From the IMG/VR virus record IMGVR_UViG_3300025066_000017: a stretch of 64,000 bases of DNA; one strand, given 5' to 3'. Every line of letters starts with the position of its first letter. The stretch's first letter is position 1. Shown here one piece after another: positions 15,875-25,548 of this stretch. Below the pieces are notes generated by a model. It did no database searches and had not been told where the DNA came from. It saw only the letters and a list, made by a program, of their open reading frames with translations. Position numbers and translations under genes: made by a program. The DNA is from a virus (lineage: Duplodnaviria; Heunggongvirae; Uroviricota; Caudoviricetes).

Positions 15875-18709
15875 CTATGTCCTGTGAGTGTTGTAGATAT
15901 ATAATAGGTTTTCATTACTATCATCACCAAGCCATATTTGAAAACCGGGAGACACTGCCAACTGGCCATGGTTTATATGTCCACCCGTGTTTTTTGTTCC
16001 ATTTGTGACGTCGTATGGTGTGTGTGTAGGGCTTCCCTCCACATGATTTCCAGAAACTTGATTTTCATGACAATTATTGAGGTCGAATCCTATAAATAAT
16101 GGATTTTTAGCGACATTACCAGTGATTGTGCAGTTTTTTGCGCCCAGGCCATTTGGTGAATTAAGTGAGAATATGGGATTACCTGCAAAGCCACGATAAC
16201 AACTTGCGGCATAATTATTAGAAATAACACAATTCAAAACGTCCGCAAAAACAAATCCTGCATGACATCGCTCGACGTGGTTTCCTGAACAAATAATGCC
16301 AGATCCTTTATTTACAACAATTCCATGATTCCCTAACGGTGTCCCGAAAATTCCAAAATATCTATTACTAGTTATCATGCTTCGCCTGGGTCCACTTGAC
16401 GAAGAAGATAGAAACTGAAATCCAATTAAAGATTGTTCACCCTCATTACCTGTAAACTCTAACCCCACTAAATTAGAAACTAAGACACAGGCAGGTTGTG
16501 CATTCGCCGAAACAGATAATTGTGGGGATGATGTAAACGAACAGTTTTTTATACTTCCATCTCCAACCCCACTTATCCATAACCTTGCCTTTGATGAAGC
16601 ACCTCCTCCTAAAGAAACTTCCAAACGACTATTTTCAAGATGAGACCATCGCCATTCACTGGCCATTATCCCCGCAATGGTCACTTCTCCTCGTATTTCT
16701 AAATCAGAGAAGACTGTTTTTAAGATAGATGTTGCTTTCAGTATATAATTATTTTTCGCCGCATCATTCAAAGTTGTTGATAATTTGCAAGTTCTCCACG
16801 AACAATTTGTTTGAATCCCAGAATTTAAACCTTCTCCTGCAACGCGAAAAATACATTTTTCAAAAAGACAATCTGTAATATCACCCAAATCTAATGTTGA
16901 AGTCGTTAGACCAAGATTTTGTCCACTGGTATCATTCCAGTAAAGTCCATCGAATATACAATTGATGAATCGTATATTCGAACAACCAACCATTTTAAAG
17001 ATCTTGCCCTTACCCGTAAACGTCAGGTTCCGAAATTCAATATCAGAGCAATTACTTAGATCAAAGATTATGTGTTCGCCTTGAGTGTCGTCTTGTGTTC
17101 CATAAGAAAGTGTTGTTTGAATTGCACTTTCTCCTTCAAAGATAAGTCCATGAGCACTACTTAATGTAAACAAAGATGTCTTGGGGAGTTCTGCATCAAA
17201 ATTGTGAATTCCGCGACGAAAACGAACAGTTCCACCTTTTCGGGTATTAGCAACATAATCAAGGAAGTACTTTTGTTCTGCAAAGGGTCCAAAGGTATCT
17301 GCAGGAAGCTGTGTGGTTGGATTGCCTGTAGCAGCATCTTTTGTGTCATTGGGGGAAATCGTAAGAGCTACAGACTTGTTGCCATCTAAACGACTCCGCA
17401 GAGTAGAAAAGCTTTGAGTGTTGTGGGCGTCAACCATAGCCTCCCAAACATCTTTATCCAGCGCATTTAAGCCCCTTTTGCCCGACGAAGGCGTGGGGTG
17501 CGCCAACCAGTTTATATTTCGTTGCTGGATGATTGTGACAGACGGATTCCCTGCAGGGAGTTCTTCCCATTTGGGAATATTGCTCTTACTTTGGATATAG
17601 ACGCGAGTAACGCCCCCGCCATCCGTCGCATCGTTACCCATAATTCGAACATAAAAGCCCGACCACGCCCCGCTTGTTATTTGGAAGGTGCATCCCATGA
17701 AGTCGTCTTGTCTGGCGACGTGCGCTTGTGATTGGGGGCTATTATCAATCAAGTCTTGGATATCAATATACTGCCAGTCTGGATCCACAGCATTTATTTT
17801 TGCCCCCATTGTAGGACCCAAGTTTGATGCGCCAACACCATGCTTGATTTGGCTAATAGCAGTCGCCAAAAAGTCCACCAAGCTGGCTATGTCTCTCATC
17901 CAGTGATCTGAAGTCGCATCCCCGATGACTTCATTCAACTCACCAAAGAGCATCGGTGGGACGAGTGGCTCAAATAAACGTAGTCGTTGGTCTGTGGTTT
18001 TCAAGGCGCGGATAATATCGTAACCACCCACCTGTGTCTTCACTTCACCGTAGCCAATGGACTGCATAAAGCGATGCTGACCAGTTGGTGTTGTCACTGA
18101 GATAAGATCATTTTTATCTTTTTCGGTACTGGCCACACCCTGCATAATCCGACCCAGGTTATCTGTTCGGAAAACACTATGAGGGACAACAAGCGTATCA
18201 TTATCAGAGAACCTCGCGGGAGTGTATCCAGCGTCACCCCTGTTCCCGATAGCATTCTGCTGTATTGGCTGCAATACCCTCCAAAACAAGGTTTTTCTTG
18301 TAAAAGTTTGGGCAATCGCAACCTCCTGACCATCTGGGACAGGATCAGGGTTATCTACTTGTGTGTCCCAGAAGACTCTTTGGTCTGGATCAGAGTTCGC
18401 GAAGAAAAATTCAATCTCTAACCAAAACTCCTGATTTGTTCCACCCAGGGTAATTTGTTGTGAGTTAGTTCCGTCCGGAGAAGTAATAAACCCACCTGTC
18501 TGATCGTAGGCAAAGCCATTGTAAATCTCGATACGACCAGTGTCTGCACTCTGTTGAGGCAGAACTTTTGTCCTAAACCCACTCAAAACACCTATTCCAA
18601 GCGACGACTGCACGAATCTTCGCAAGACCTCTCTTGGGTATTCATCCACCGCAAACAAGAAATCTTGAAGATTTACACCTTCTGCCGGGTGAAAAAGCGG
18701 AGTTTTCAT
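15875..18709 (-). CDS. Tail fibre/tailspike protein with right-handed parallel beta-helix (pectate-lyase-like) domain; candidate depolymerase
   Basis: C-terminal half is rich in parallel beta-helix (PbH1-type) repeats: NCSFTSSPQLSVSANAQ, IICSGNHVERCHAGFVFADVLNCVISNNYAASCYRGFAGN, CTITGNVAKNPLFIGFDLNNCHENQVSGNHVEG. ATG start 26 nt downstream of a palindrome copy. Confidence 0.6.
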   Translation of the reverse strand: MKTPLFHPAEGVNLQDFLFAVDEYPREVLRRFVQSSLGIGVLSGFRTKVLPQQSADTGRIEIYNGFAYDQTGGFITSPDGTNSQQITLGGTNQEFWLEIEFFFANSDPDQRVFWDTQVDNPDPVPDGQEVAIAQTFTRKTLFWRVLQPIQQNAIGNRGDAGYTPARFSDNDTLVVPHSVFRTDNLGRIMQGVASTEKDKNDLISVTTPTGQHRFMQSIGYGEVKTQVGGYDIIRALKTTDQRLRLFEPLVPPMLFGELNEVIGDATSDHWMRDIASLVDFLATAISQIKHGVGASNLGPTMGAKINAVDPDWQYIDIQDLIDNSPQSQAHVARQDDFMGCTFQITSGAWSGFYVRIMGNDATDGGGVTRVYIQSKSNIPKWEELPAGNPSVTIIQQRNINWLAHPTPSSGKRGLNALDKDVWEAMVDAHNTQSFSTLRSRLDGNKSVALTISPNDTKDAATGNPTTQLPADTFGPFAEQKYFLDYVANTRKGGTVRFRRGIHNFDAELPKTSLFTLSSAHGLIFEGESAIQTTLSYGTQDDTQGEHIIFDLSNCSDIEFRNLTFTGKGKIFKMVGCSNIRFINCIFDGLYWNDTSGQNLGLTTSTLDLGDITDCLFEKCIFRVAGEGLNSGIQTNCSWRTCKLSTTLNDAAKNNYILKATSILKTVFSDLEIRGEVTIAGIMASEWRWSHLENSRLEVSLGGGASSKARLWISGVGDGSIKNCSFTSSPQLSVSANAQPACVLVSNLVGLEFTGNEGEQSLIGFQFLSSSSSGPRRSMITSNRYFGIFGTPLGNHGIVVNKGSGIICSGNHVERCHAGFVFADVLNCVISNNYAASCYRGFAGNPIFSLNSPNGLGAKNCTITGNVAKNPLFIGFDLNNCHENQVSGNHVEGSPTHTPYDVTNGTKNTGGHINHGQLAVSPGFQIWLGDDSNENLLYIYNTHRT

Positions 18710-18735
18710 GATTTATAGCCTTGTTATAAGTAAAA

Positions 18736-18754
18736 ATCTTTAGACTCTAAAGAT
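18736..18754. promoter_or_regulatory. Palindrome copy 5
   Basis: 26 nt upstream of the ATG (18709) of the beta-helix tailspike gene. Flanked by A5/T5 runs, giving a 27-bp extended palindrome. Confidence 0.7.
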
Positions 18755-18791
18755 TTTTGTTTTACTGAGTAGAGAACATCAAACAGACATT

Positions 18792-21428
18792 CTAATTATT
18801 GCGAAAAGGCAACGCAGGTAAAGATATTTTTCTATCCTTATCATCATACAGGTCTATCTTTATCCCCGCAGCAACCACTTGATCAAGTAACCATATCAAT
18901 CGCATAAGGACTGAATTTCCATCTAAGAAGAACGTAAAGCTAAACCCATCTGATCTAGCAAGAGCATTTGCGAGTATTCCTGTTCGAATAATATTGACCC
19001 CTGTAACAGTCGTGCCGTCTATGTTTGAGACTGCAAACGGATTGTGACTGCCTTGTGGAGAGAATCCTCTATCGAAGACCATAAGCGCTCGAGTCGGCGT
19101 CTCAAGTTTTAAACTATCGTAGATGATAAGCTCTTCGGATTCTCTCGTATGGTCAAATAAAACATATCCCTCTTTGAGAGGGAGTCCTTCATCCACACCC
19201 AAGACACCAGTTAAAGCTTCTATGGGTACTTCTGTTTGGTAGGAAAATATTTTAGTGCCTGCTTGATGAATCCTCTGAATACCCGAAACATAAATAGTGT
19301 CTTGCGCACCACCAGTACCTTTACCCCAATAATAGAGAGAGGTTTTACCAAACCCTCCTTCCCCTGCTATCTTCATTTGCATGGGAAATCCAGGATTTGG
19401 ATTCGAAGCACTCACTATCCAGGCATTGACTTGAGCCGTCGTAGGCAAACCCGAAGCATCATTTACGTAGACATCCATAGGAGTAAAGACTTGTATCGCT
19501 CCTCCTGGTGGAGAAACAATGATTTGATTGAATGTCTTTTTTGCTTTACTGGGATCAAACACCGAAAAGATCGTCATGCTTGTGTTATAGATCCGCAAAT
19601 CATTCGCATCGTTTCGAGCGACGTTGGCTAAAGCAAGAGGATTAGAAGTACTGCTCTTTCTTATATGAACAGGACCCTGTCTCGAGTTATCCCAAAGGAA
19701 CGGACTTGGCCACGTTCCATCAGGTGAGGCTGGTGGGGGCCATGTGAAACGAGGAAGGTGCGCTGCGTCTGTCGCAAGTGCCCCACTCACACCTCCAATC
19801 CTATAGAAACGACGAAGTTGCTCCCCCGCACCCCTTGTTGTAGCAAGAGGTCTCGATAAGGTAAGGGTAACCTCTCCAGAAACAAGATCCACCAATTCTA
19901 CATACGTCTTCTTGTTTTTTATGTCTGTCGAGAAAGCTACTGATGCAGCGAGTGTGAGGATTGGAGATATTTTCTTTGTATCTCCTCCAACATACCAAGA
20001 GACGTTATTGACGGTCGCATTCCCCAAATATCCCGTGTCGTCAAATACTCGAAAAGTTAGACTGACCGTTCCCTCCGGAACATTGTCTAGCGGACGATCT
20101 ATATGGAAAACAAGAGACGCATTTGTAATCTCTGATGTCAAAACTCGTCTTTGATATGTCGTCTTCGTTACAAAAACCAATTCCTCCGTCAAACCTATAG
20201 GGTCTATAATAATCCATGGTCCGATTACATTTTCTTCTCTACAAATCGCTTTTATGGTTTGAATAGTTGGCGATACCACAGGACTAGCGATTTGTGTTAA
20301 TCCTCCTGTGACCTGATCTGTCTGGTACCACTGTATCTCTGTGCCCCTAATAAACCGAAGCCCCGCAGGAAGAGGCGATGCTAAACTCAGTGTTCTCGTC
20401 GTTGTGTTTACAGAATTAACAGTGACCTCGAGAAGTTTTTTGAACCTTTGTGACGGATCGATAATGAGCTTAAAAGGAGTACTTGGGAAAACATCCAGAC
20501 TCTCGTCTGCATAAAGTAAACTGGTGTCCGCTCCGCGAGCAGTCGATCGAAGGGTCGCTTTTTTTACAGGATAAGGAGGAAGATAGGCCCTGCCAGGGAT
20601 CGATGCAGGATTCTTATTAGAGCACTTTATCTTTACTGCAATCCTTCTCATCTGGGCGGTATAGATATCCCAACACCCACCCTGTAAAAATACGGGTGTT
20701 TTAGAGGAGTGGGCCTTTGTCAACGGGCTTTTTAGACGGAAACGGCGAAGACGATAGTCAATTCCAACAAAATCGATCGTTTCCTCATTAGCTGTTCCAG
20801 GCTCAAAAACAAGAGTTCCATATAGGGGCATTCTGTGAGTAACGGGGATGGTAGTATCAGACACTTGCCTAAGATGAGCAGAGCTTAATGTCACCGTCGC
20901 ACCCGAGTCTGCACCCTGTAAGACCATTCCCGAGACAAGAGATCCTCTCTGTCTTTCTGCAAAATGTACCTTCAAATCTCCGGTGTCGAGATATCTGAAC
21001 TTTGCCTTTATCTTCCCACCAACGCTATCAATTATCCACTCATCATGAATGAAAGTTCCTGCGGTTGCACTGTAGGTAGCGTATTCCAACTCTGGGGCCA
21101 AAGTGATGTATGTATCTCCGACAGCCCGTGTGGCTTCTAGCTGGAAGACCAAATTATCATATGGGCCAAGCGCGATCTCTAGCAGTTGCCAGAGAGGTCT
21201 TGGTATATTCTTATCGCTTGCCATAATGACCTGCAGACAAGATCTAAAGAAATCATCGTCTGTAAAGCCCAATGGAGGACGAACAACCCCGTAATTTCCT
21301 GCGATGGCGTCCAAATACTCCCCGACCGACCATCGGAGTTGCATCATTCGCTTAACCATCTGCAGATCAGAACGAATCAAATCATCAGGGACTAAACTAC
21401 CCGGAACAGTTACAAGATCGAGAGCCAT
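18792..21428 (-). CDS. Large tail fibre / structural protein
   Basis: 878-aa ORF co-transcribed (10-nt gap) with the upstream 617-aa gene. Ser/Thr/Gly/Val-rich beta composition typical of fibre proteins. Confidence 0.45.
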   Translation of the reverse strand: MALDLVTVPGSLVPDDLIRSDLQMVKRMMQLRWSVGEYLDAIAGNYGVVRPPLGFTDDDFFRSCLQVIMASDKNIPRPLWQLLEIALGPYDNLVFQLEATRAVGDTYITLAPELEYATYSATAGTFIHDEWIIDSVGGKIKAKFRYLDTGDLKVHFAERQRGSLVSGMVLQGADSGATVTLSSAHLRQVSDTTIPVTHRMPLYGTLVFEPGTANEETIDFVGIDYRLRRFRLKSPLTKAHSSKTPVFLQGGCWDIYTAQMRRIAVKIKCSNKNPASIPGRAYLPPYPVKKATLRSTARGADTSLLYADESLDVFPSTPFKLIIDPSQRFKKLLEVTVNSVNTTTRTLSLASPLPAGLRFIRGTEIQWYQTDQVTGGLTQIASPVVSPTIQTIKAICREENVIGPWIIIDPIGLTEELVFVTKTTYQRRVLTSEITNASLVFHIDRPLDNVPEGTVSLTFRVFDDTGYLGNATVNNVSWYVGGDTKKISPILTLAASVAFSTDIKNKKTYVELVDLVSGEVTLTLSRPLATTRGAGEQLRRFYRIGGVSGALATDAAHLPRFTWPPPASPDGTWPSPFLWDNSRQGPVHIRKSSTSNPLALANVARNDANDLRIYNTSMTIFSVFDPSKAKKTFNQIIVSPPGGAIQVFTPMDVYVNDASGLPTTAQVNAWIVSASNPNPGFPMQMKIAGEGGFGKTSLYYWGKGTGGAQDTIYVSGIQRIHQAGTKIFSYQTEVPIEALTGVLGVDEGLPLKEGYVLFDHTRESEELIIYDSLKLETPTRALMVFDRGFSPQGSHNPFAVSNIDGTTVTGVNIIRTGILANALARSDGFSFTFFLDGNSVLMRLIWLLDQVVAAGIKIDLYDDKDRKISLPALPFRNN

Positions 21429-21437
21429 GATTTTCCT

Positions 21438-23291
21438 CTATAGTTTTTCCCAGTCATCTTGAAGAAAGACACCACCAATTCGTTCGTCTTGATGGGATAT
21501 AGCAGTGATGATTTGTCGTAAGTTTGTGTCTGTTCCCAATGCCTCAATATCCAACATGTTTTGCCTAACGATGTCTACTTTTGAGAACTTCGCCCGGTAT
21601 TGAATCCAATGGTCTGGGTCCACAAAAGTACAAAATGTGTTTCCGTATTCATCGCGAAGGTTCTGGGTGCGAACACGATAGACTCCCCACCCAATGTGCG
21701 GAGATGTTTCCAATATGACAAAGGTTGGAAGCCCGTCACCCAGACGACTTACGGGATTTTCTGGGTCTGTTGGCTCCGGAAACCTTTGGGGAACAACACC
21801 AGTAACTCGAATATCAATGGCATTATCTTGAACTGGCTCAACTATGTAGTTTTCGGGAACCCTCAAGGCACCGGAGTTCTCAACTGGGGCAGTAAATTCC
21901 ACATAGAGAAGATTCTCTGCCAAACACAGAGCCTTTTTTACCCGAACACAATCAACAACTCTAAACCCGCAGATATCTTCAACAGAATTTCCTGCTAAAT
22001 CATCTCCCAACACTCTGAAATACACGAGACCATCAGCAGGCCACAGCGGCGATGTCGTGGGGCGGAAAATTGTCACATCGAATCCCCCGGATCCATCCGC
22101 AATAACCAATCCCGTAAAGTTGTTTAGGAATGTTGCTCCATTTTGCAGTACTTGAGTCCAGGGTCCTCCAACTGCGGTACCATGATAGACCTGTATAGTC
22201 GTTTGATCGACACCACTGTCTACATCGCTGATCTTAAATGTGTAAGCCGTGTCCCTCTTGGCTCGGCTGGTGTCGCTTGCAGTTAGACCCGTCCCACATT
22301 TTGGCTTTTGATTTGTTACGGTTGGAATAGTTTGATCGATTGTCTCCATTGTAAAAGTACATGTGTGGGTTGTTTTATTCCCATCCAAGTCTTTGACTAC
22401 AGTGACAATTGTCACAACATCAGCAGATTTCAAATACCCTGCAGGTACTGTAATGGAGACATCCCTATCAAGAACTGGATCCACACCATTCGTTACAGCG
22501 CAGGTGATGGTGGGCGACCAAGGCTCAAGCACACCATCTCTTATAAGAAGAGCCGACCCACCTTGCTGGGAGACAACTGCAAGGGTTATTCGAATGCTTG
22601 AATCGTCAATACCTGATCCACCTGCAGGATAAGGTAAGTCTTGTAATGTATATGTGATGTTTGTAGTAGAAACTAAAACGCCCGTAGACCCACAAGCAGG
22701 ACTTTGGTTAGCCACAACCGGGGGAGAGTACTCTTGACTCTTTATATACCAATAACCACTGCCGAAGTTCCCTGCCGCGCTTCCCTCTGATATAGACATG
22801 CCCGTATGAGGGCTCCCATCAAAACCATTTGGGAAAACCTGCAGGTAATCAATAGTGTCTGCTACAACACCATCTTTTGTTTGTATCTCATGCACCCCAA
22901 GTCTGTCTGCGTTTCCCCATGTACCATTTGCAACAATAACCACGTTTCCATACAGAGAGAAAAGACCTGTCACTCCTCGGGTCTTAGCTCGGTAATGATA
23001 GTCTTGCACCGCGGGTGGCCTATCTATATGGAAAAATGAATCTCTAACGACACCAGAAATATCCGCCCACGTTTGTCCAAAATCATCAGACCTTTCAACA
23101 ATAAATCCATCATGTAATGGAGTCAGAGCCGATACGGTCGGAGCTGTCATCGAAATACACACCGCAGAGGGGATATTCAATAGTTTTGTGTATCGATCGT
23201 CTGGCGCAGAGCAGATATAAATCTTTGGAATTGTAAGATCCAGACTGAATGGGAGCGTGAGAGAGTAACCACCAAATGAAAAAGACATCAC
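21438..23291 (-). CDS. Tail/fibre-associated structural protein (beta-rich, possible Ig-like repeats)
   Basis: 617-aa ORF. The palindrome copy at 23329-23347 lies about 40 nt upstream of the start. Confidence 0.45.
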   Translation of the reverse strand: MMSFSFGGYSLTLPFSLDLTIPKIYICSAPDDRYTKLLNIPSAVCISMTAPTVSALTPLHDGFIVERSDDFGQTWADISGVVRDSFFHIDRPPAVQDYHYRAKTRGVTGLFSLYGNVVIVANGTWGNADRLGVHEIQTKDGVVADTIDYLQVFPNGFDGSPHTGMSISEGSAAGNFGSGYWYIKSQEYSPPVVANQSPACGSTGVLVSTTNITYTLQDLPYPAGGSGIDDSSIRITLAVVSQQGGSALLIRDGVLEPWSPTITCAVTNGVDPVLDRDVSITVPAGYLKSADVVTIVTVVKDLDGNKTTHTCTFTMETIDQTIPTVTNQKPKCGTGLTASDTSRAKRDTAYTFKISDVDSGVDQTTIQVYHGTAVGGPWTQVLQNGATFLNNFTGLVIADGSGGFDVTIFRPTTSPLWPADGLVYFRVLGDDLAGNSVEDICGFRVVDCVRVKKALCLAENLLYVEFTAPVENSGALRVPENYIVEPVQDNAIDIRVTGVVPQRFPEPTDPENPVSRLGDGLPTFVILETSPHIGWGVYRVRTQNLRDEYGNTFCTFVDPDHWIQYRAKFSKVDIVRQNMLDIEALGTDTNLRQIITAISHQDERIGGVFLQDDWEKL

Positions 23292-23328
23292 AAACTCTTT
23301 ATCAAATAGACGAGGTGAATTATTCCAA

Positions 23329-23347
23329 ATCTTTAGACTCTAAAGAT
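23329..23347. promoter_or_regulatory. Palindrome copy 6
   Basis: About 38 nt upstream of the start of gene 21438-23291. Confidence 0.7.
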
Positions 23348-23422
23348 TTAAACGAAAAGAGGACCAGCAACCATGTGTTGCGGTCCTCTAGAGTATCACG
23401 TCTTTAATAAGAGTTGGCTACT

Positions 23423-24046
23423 TTAGGAGCTTTCTCTTTGTCCCGCGTGTCTTCTTTGAATGTTGAATTGACACACAACTCGAACATTCATCGCGGTGTT
23501 ACTTGCGGGTGGAGTGATTTTCACTGCCATGGCTTTTCCTGGAGGAAGGATGAGGAAACACTCCAGATCATATCGAGAAGCATCCTTGATATACATGGAA
23601 AATCCGTCGTCGCCATCGGTGAGGGTGCTTCCCTCTGCCCCAACATATCCAACGAGTTCACTTGGAATTCCCGCTTTCGGATCCATGTTCAGAGCAGACT
23701 TCGTTTCGAGAACAGTCGCTCCTGAAATCAGAGTTCCTTGTGTTGGGTTGTGGATGATTTCTGCCAAAGCACCATCACCACCAGGACCCCCCGTGGAGAG
23801 TCCGCAATTCACAGACAGTCCTTTTCGAGGAATAACGAGATTTCTATCAGAGTAACTATTTTTGAGATAGAAAACATTACTCGCGTTCGCGGTAGTAAGC
23901 GAAACGTCTGCGGTGGCAAAACAAAAACCCTCCGCATGCTCCGTGGCAAAAGCGAGGTCATCTCGTACCACTGCATCAGAATGCGCTCTCCCTCTGACAT
24001 CAACCTCTTGAATTTGTCCGCTGGGACCTTCTTGCTTCAAACCCAT
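23423..24046 (-). CDS. Hypothetical structural protein
   Basis: 207-aa ORF in the fibre region. Confidence 0.4.
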   Translation of the reverse strand: MGLKQEGPSGQIQEVDVRGRAHSDAVVRDDLAFATEHAEGFCFATADVSLTTANASNVFYLKNSYSDRNLVIPRKGLSVNCGLSTGGPGGDGALAEIIHNPTQGTLISGATVLETKSALNMDPKAGIPSELVGYVGAEGSTLTDGDDGFSMYIKDASRYDLECFLILPPGKAMAVKITPPASNTAMNVRVVCQFNIQRRHAGQRESS

Positions 24047-24059
24047 TGTCTATATTCTC

Positions 24060-24209
24060 CTATGAACTTTCTGGTAAAGATGGGTGATCGCCACTTTCTA
24101 TTGGCTCTCCTCCCGTTAAACGCTTCAAAGCTTCTGTCAGAGTATCTAGCTCTTGGAAGATTTCCTCAAGTAAACGACCCTCTGCTTCATAGTATTCTTG
24201 ATCAGTCAT
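24060..24209 (-). CDS. Candidate unannotated small ORF (50 aa, MTDQEYYEAEGRLLEEIFQELDTLTEALKRLTGGEPIESGDHPSLPESS)
   Basis: Hand translation of the 170-nt gap between 24046 and 24216. The ATG sits at 24207-24209 and a TAG stop at 24060-24062. It is shorter than the ORF-track cutoff. Composition is helical and acidic. Confidence 0.25.
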   Translation of the reverse strand: MTDQEYYEAEGRLLEEIFQELDTLTEALKRLTGGEPIESGDHPSLPESS

Positions 24210-24215
24210 TGGATT

Positions 24216-24851
24216 CTACCAGTCCTCACCACCATGGTATTTGATGATGAAATTAATCTCACGGAGTCTTTTTACCATTTCTTCTAACAGGGAAAGGTTT
24301 ACCTCTCTTTGCCTTTCAATTATCGGATCCTTCGGTGCTACCAGAGTTGTGAATGTAACATCTAGTCGTATTAGCGATATGCTCTGGAGGTGGTTGTCGG
24401 CGACGTTTGTTCCTATTCGCTCTACACCCAAAAGAAGCTCTTGGCCAGACTTGAAATTCAGTGCGCTAATGCTCTGCTCAAGCGCAAACTCTTTTCCAAC
24501 CACACCAGGAACAGATATCGTTTCACCCACTGGTGTATTTGTGGAGACAACCGACAATGCCACATCGTCTCTGTTGTCTCCTTCATTAATAACCCTTTGA
24601 TAAAAGGTTAGCGATACTACACCCGTCCCACTTCCATTTTGGCGAAATAATGCCTTAAGCTTTATGGGAACTGATGTATCCAGATCCGCAGGAATCACAA
24701 ATCCATGGGCATTTGTTCGTCTAACGACACCCGAATGAAAGACCCGCTCCAGAAAAGCAAAATTACTGGCCGCAGTCGATCGTGGAGGTGCCCCATCGGC
24801 GTTTCGACCAAGCATTGACCCGGCAAGTATTGTAAATGTCTGCTGGCCCAT
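24216..24851 (-). CDS. Hypothetical structural protein
   Basis: 211-aa ORF. Confidence 0.4.
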   Translation of the reverse strand: MGQQTFTILAGSMLGRNADGAPPRSTAASNFAFLERVFHSGVVRRTNAHGFVIPADLDTSVPIKLKALFRQNGSGTGVVSLTFYQRVINEGDNRDDVALSVVSTNTPVGETISVPGVVGKEFALEQSISALNFKSGQELLLGVERIGTNVADNHLQSISLIRLDVTFTTLVAPKDPIIERQREVNLSLLEEMVKRLREINFIIKYHGGEDW

Positions 24852-24911
24852 ATTTCCACGCCTTCCTAAAAAAAGTATATTCTTCTATATAGAAGAAAAG
24901 ATAATAACAGG

Positions 24912-25514
24912 CTAGCTTGGTGCGATGATCCACGCAAATTCAAATGTTGGATCCTCGGCCATCTGCGCAAATTCTATATAGCCTGATTCTGCATGAGTAA
25001 AAGCAAAAGTGTGCAAGAGGTCCCATATGCCTGGAGAACTCTCATAATAGAGAGAGTATACATCCTTAACTCGTTTCAATCTAAGTTGGGAAGATGTCGC
25101 AGTATTATCCTGGGATAGATATCCCCGTACCACCTCACCATGAGTAAAGAGACGCTGCTGAAAAAATAAATTCCCATCTGCTTTAAGTAGAGCAATTACA
25201 TCTACACCATTCAATGGGACTGCTCCGGGAGATGTTTCGCGCAAACTTCTCCACCCCAAATACACCGCTAATGATGCCTCTACTAAAGGTGAGATCGGAC
25301 CATAGCTGATTTTTACATCAAAATCTAATCCTGCAGGAATGCTAACTTTTCCCTTAGAATCCACAAAGAAAGCATCGCCTTCATTTTCAACACCTGAGAC
25401 AAATAGACCCGGCGATGGAGTCCCAGAAACGTAAGAAGCATTTCCAGCGCTCGTCACATTCCACATGTCCGAATCAATCGAACTTGATACAAAATCATCA
25501 TTTACTACTGGCAT
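24912..25514 (-). CDS. Hypothetical tail-fibre-associated protein (position analogous to fibre assembly protein)
   Basis: 200-aa ORF immediately downstream of the 990-aa fibre gene. Palindrome variant at 25530-25548 upstream. Confidence 0.4.
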   Translation of the reverse strand: MPVVNDDFVSSSIDSDMWNVTSAGNASYVSGTPSPGLFVSGVENEGDAFFVDSKGKVSIPAGLDFDVKISYGPISPLVEASLAVYLGWRSLRETSPGAVPLNGVDVIALLKADGNLFFQQRLFTHGEVVRGYLSQDNTATSSQLRLKRVKDVYSLYYESSPGIWDLLHTFAFTHAESGYIEFAQMAEDPTFEFAWIIAPS

Positions 25515-25529
25515 AGGATTCCTCTTAAA

Positions 25530-25548
25530 TTCTTTAGACTCTAAAGAT
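25530..25548. promoter_or_regulatory. Palindrome variant TTCTTTAGACTCTAAAGAT, copy 7
   Basis: Between the stop of the 990-aa fibre gene and the start of gene 24912-25514. Confidence 0.65.
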
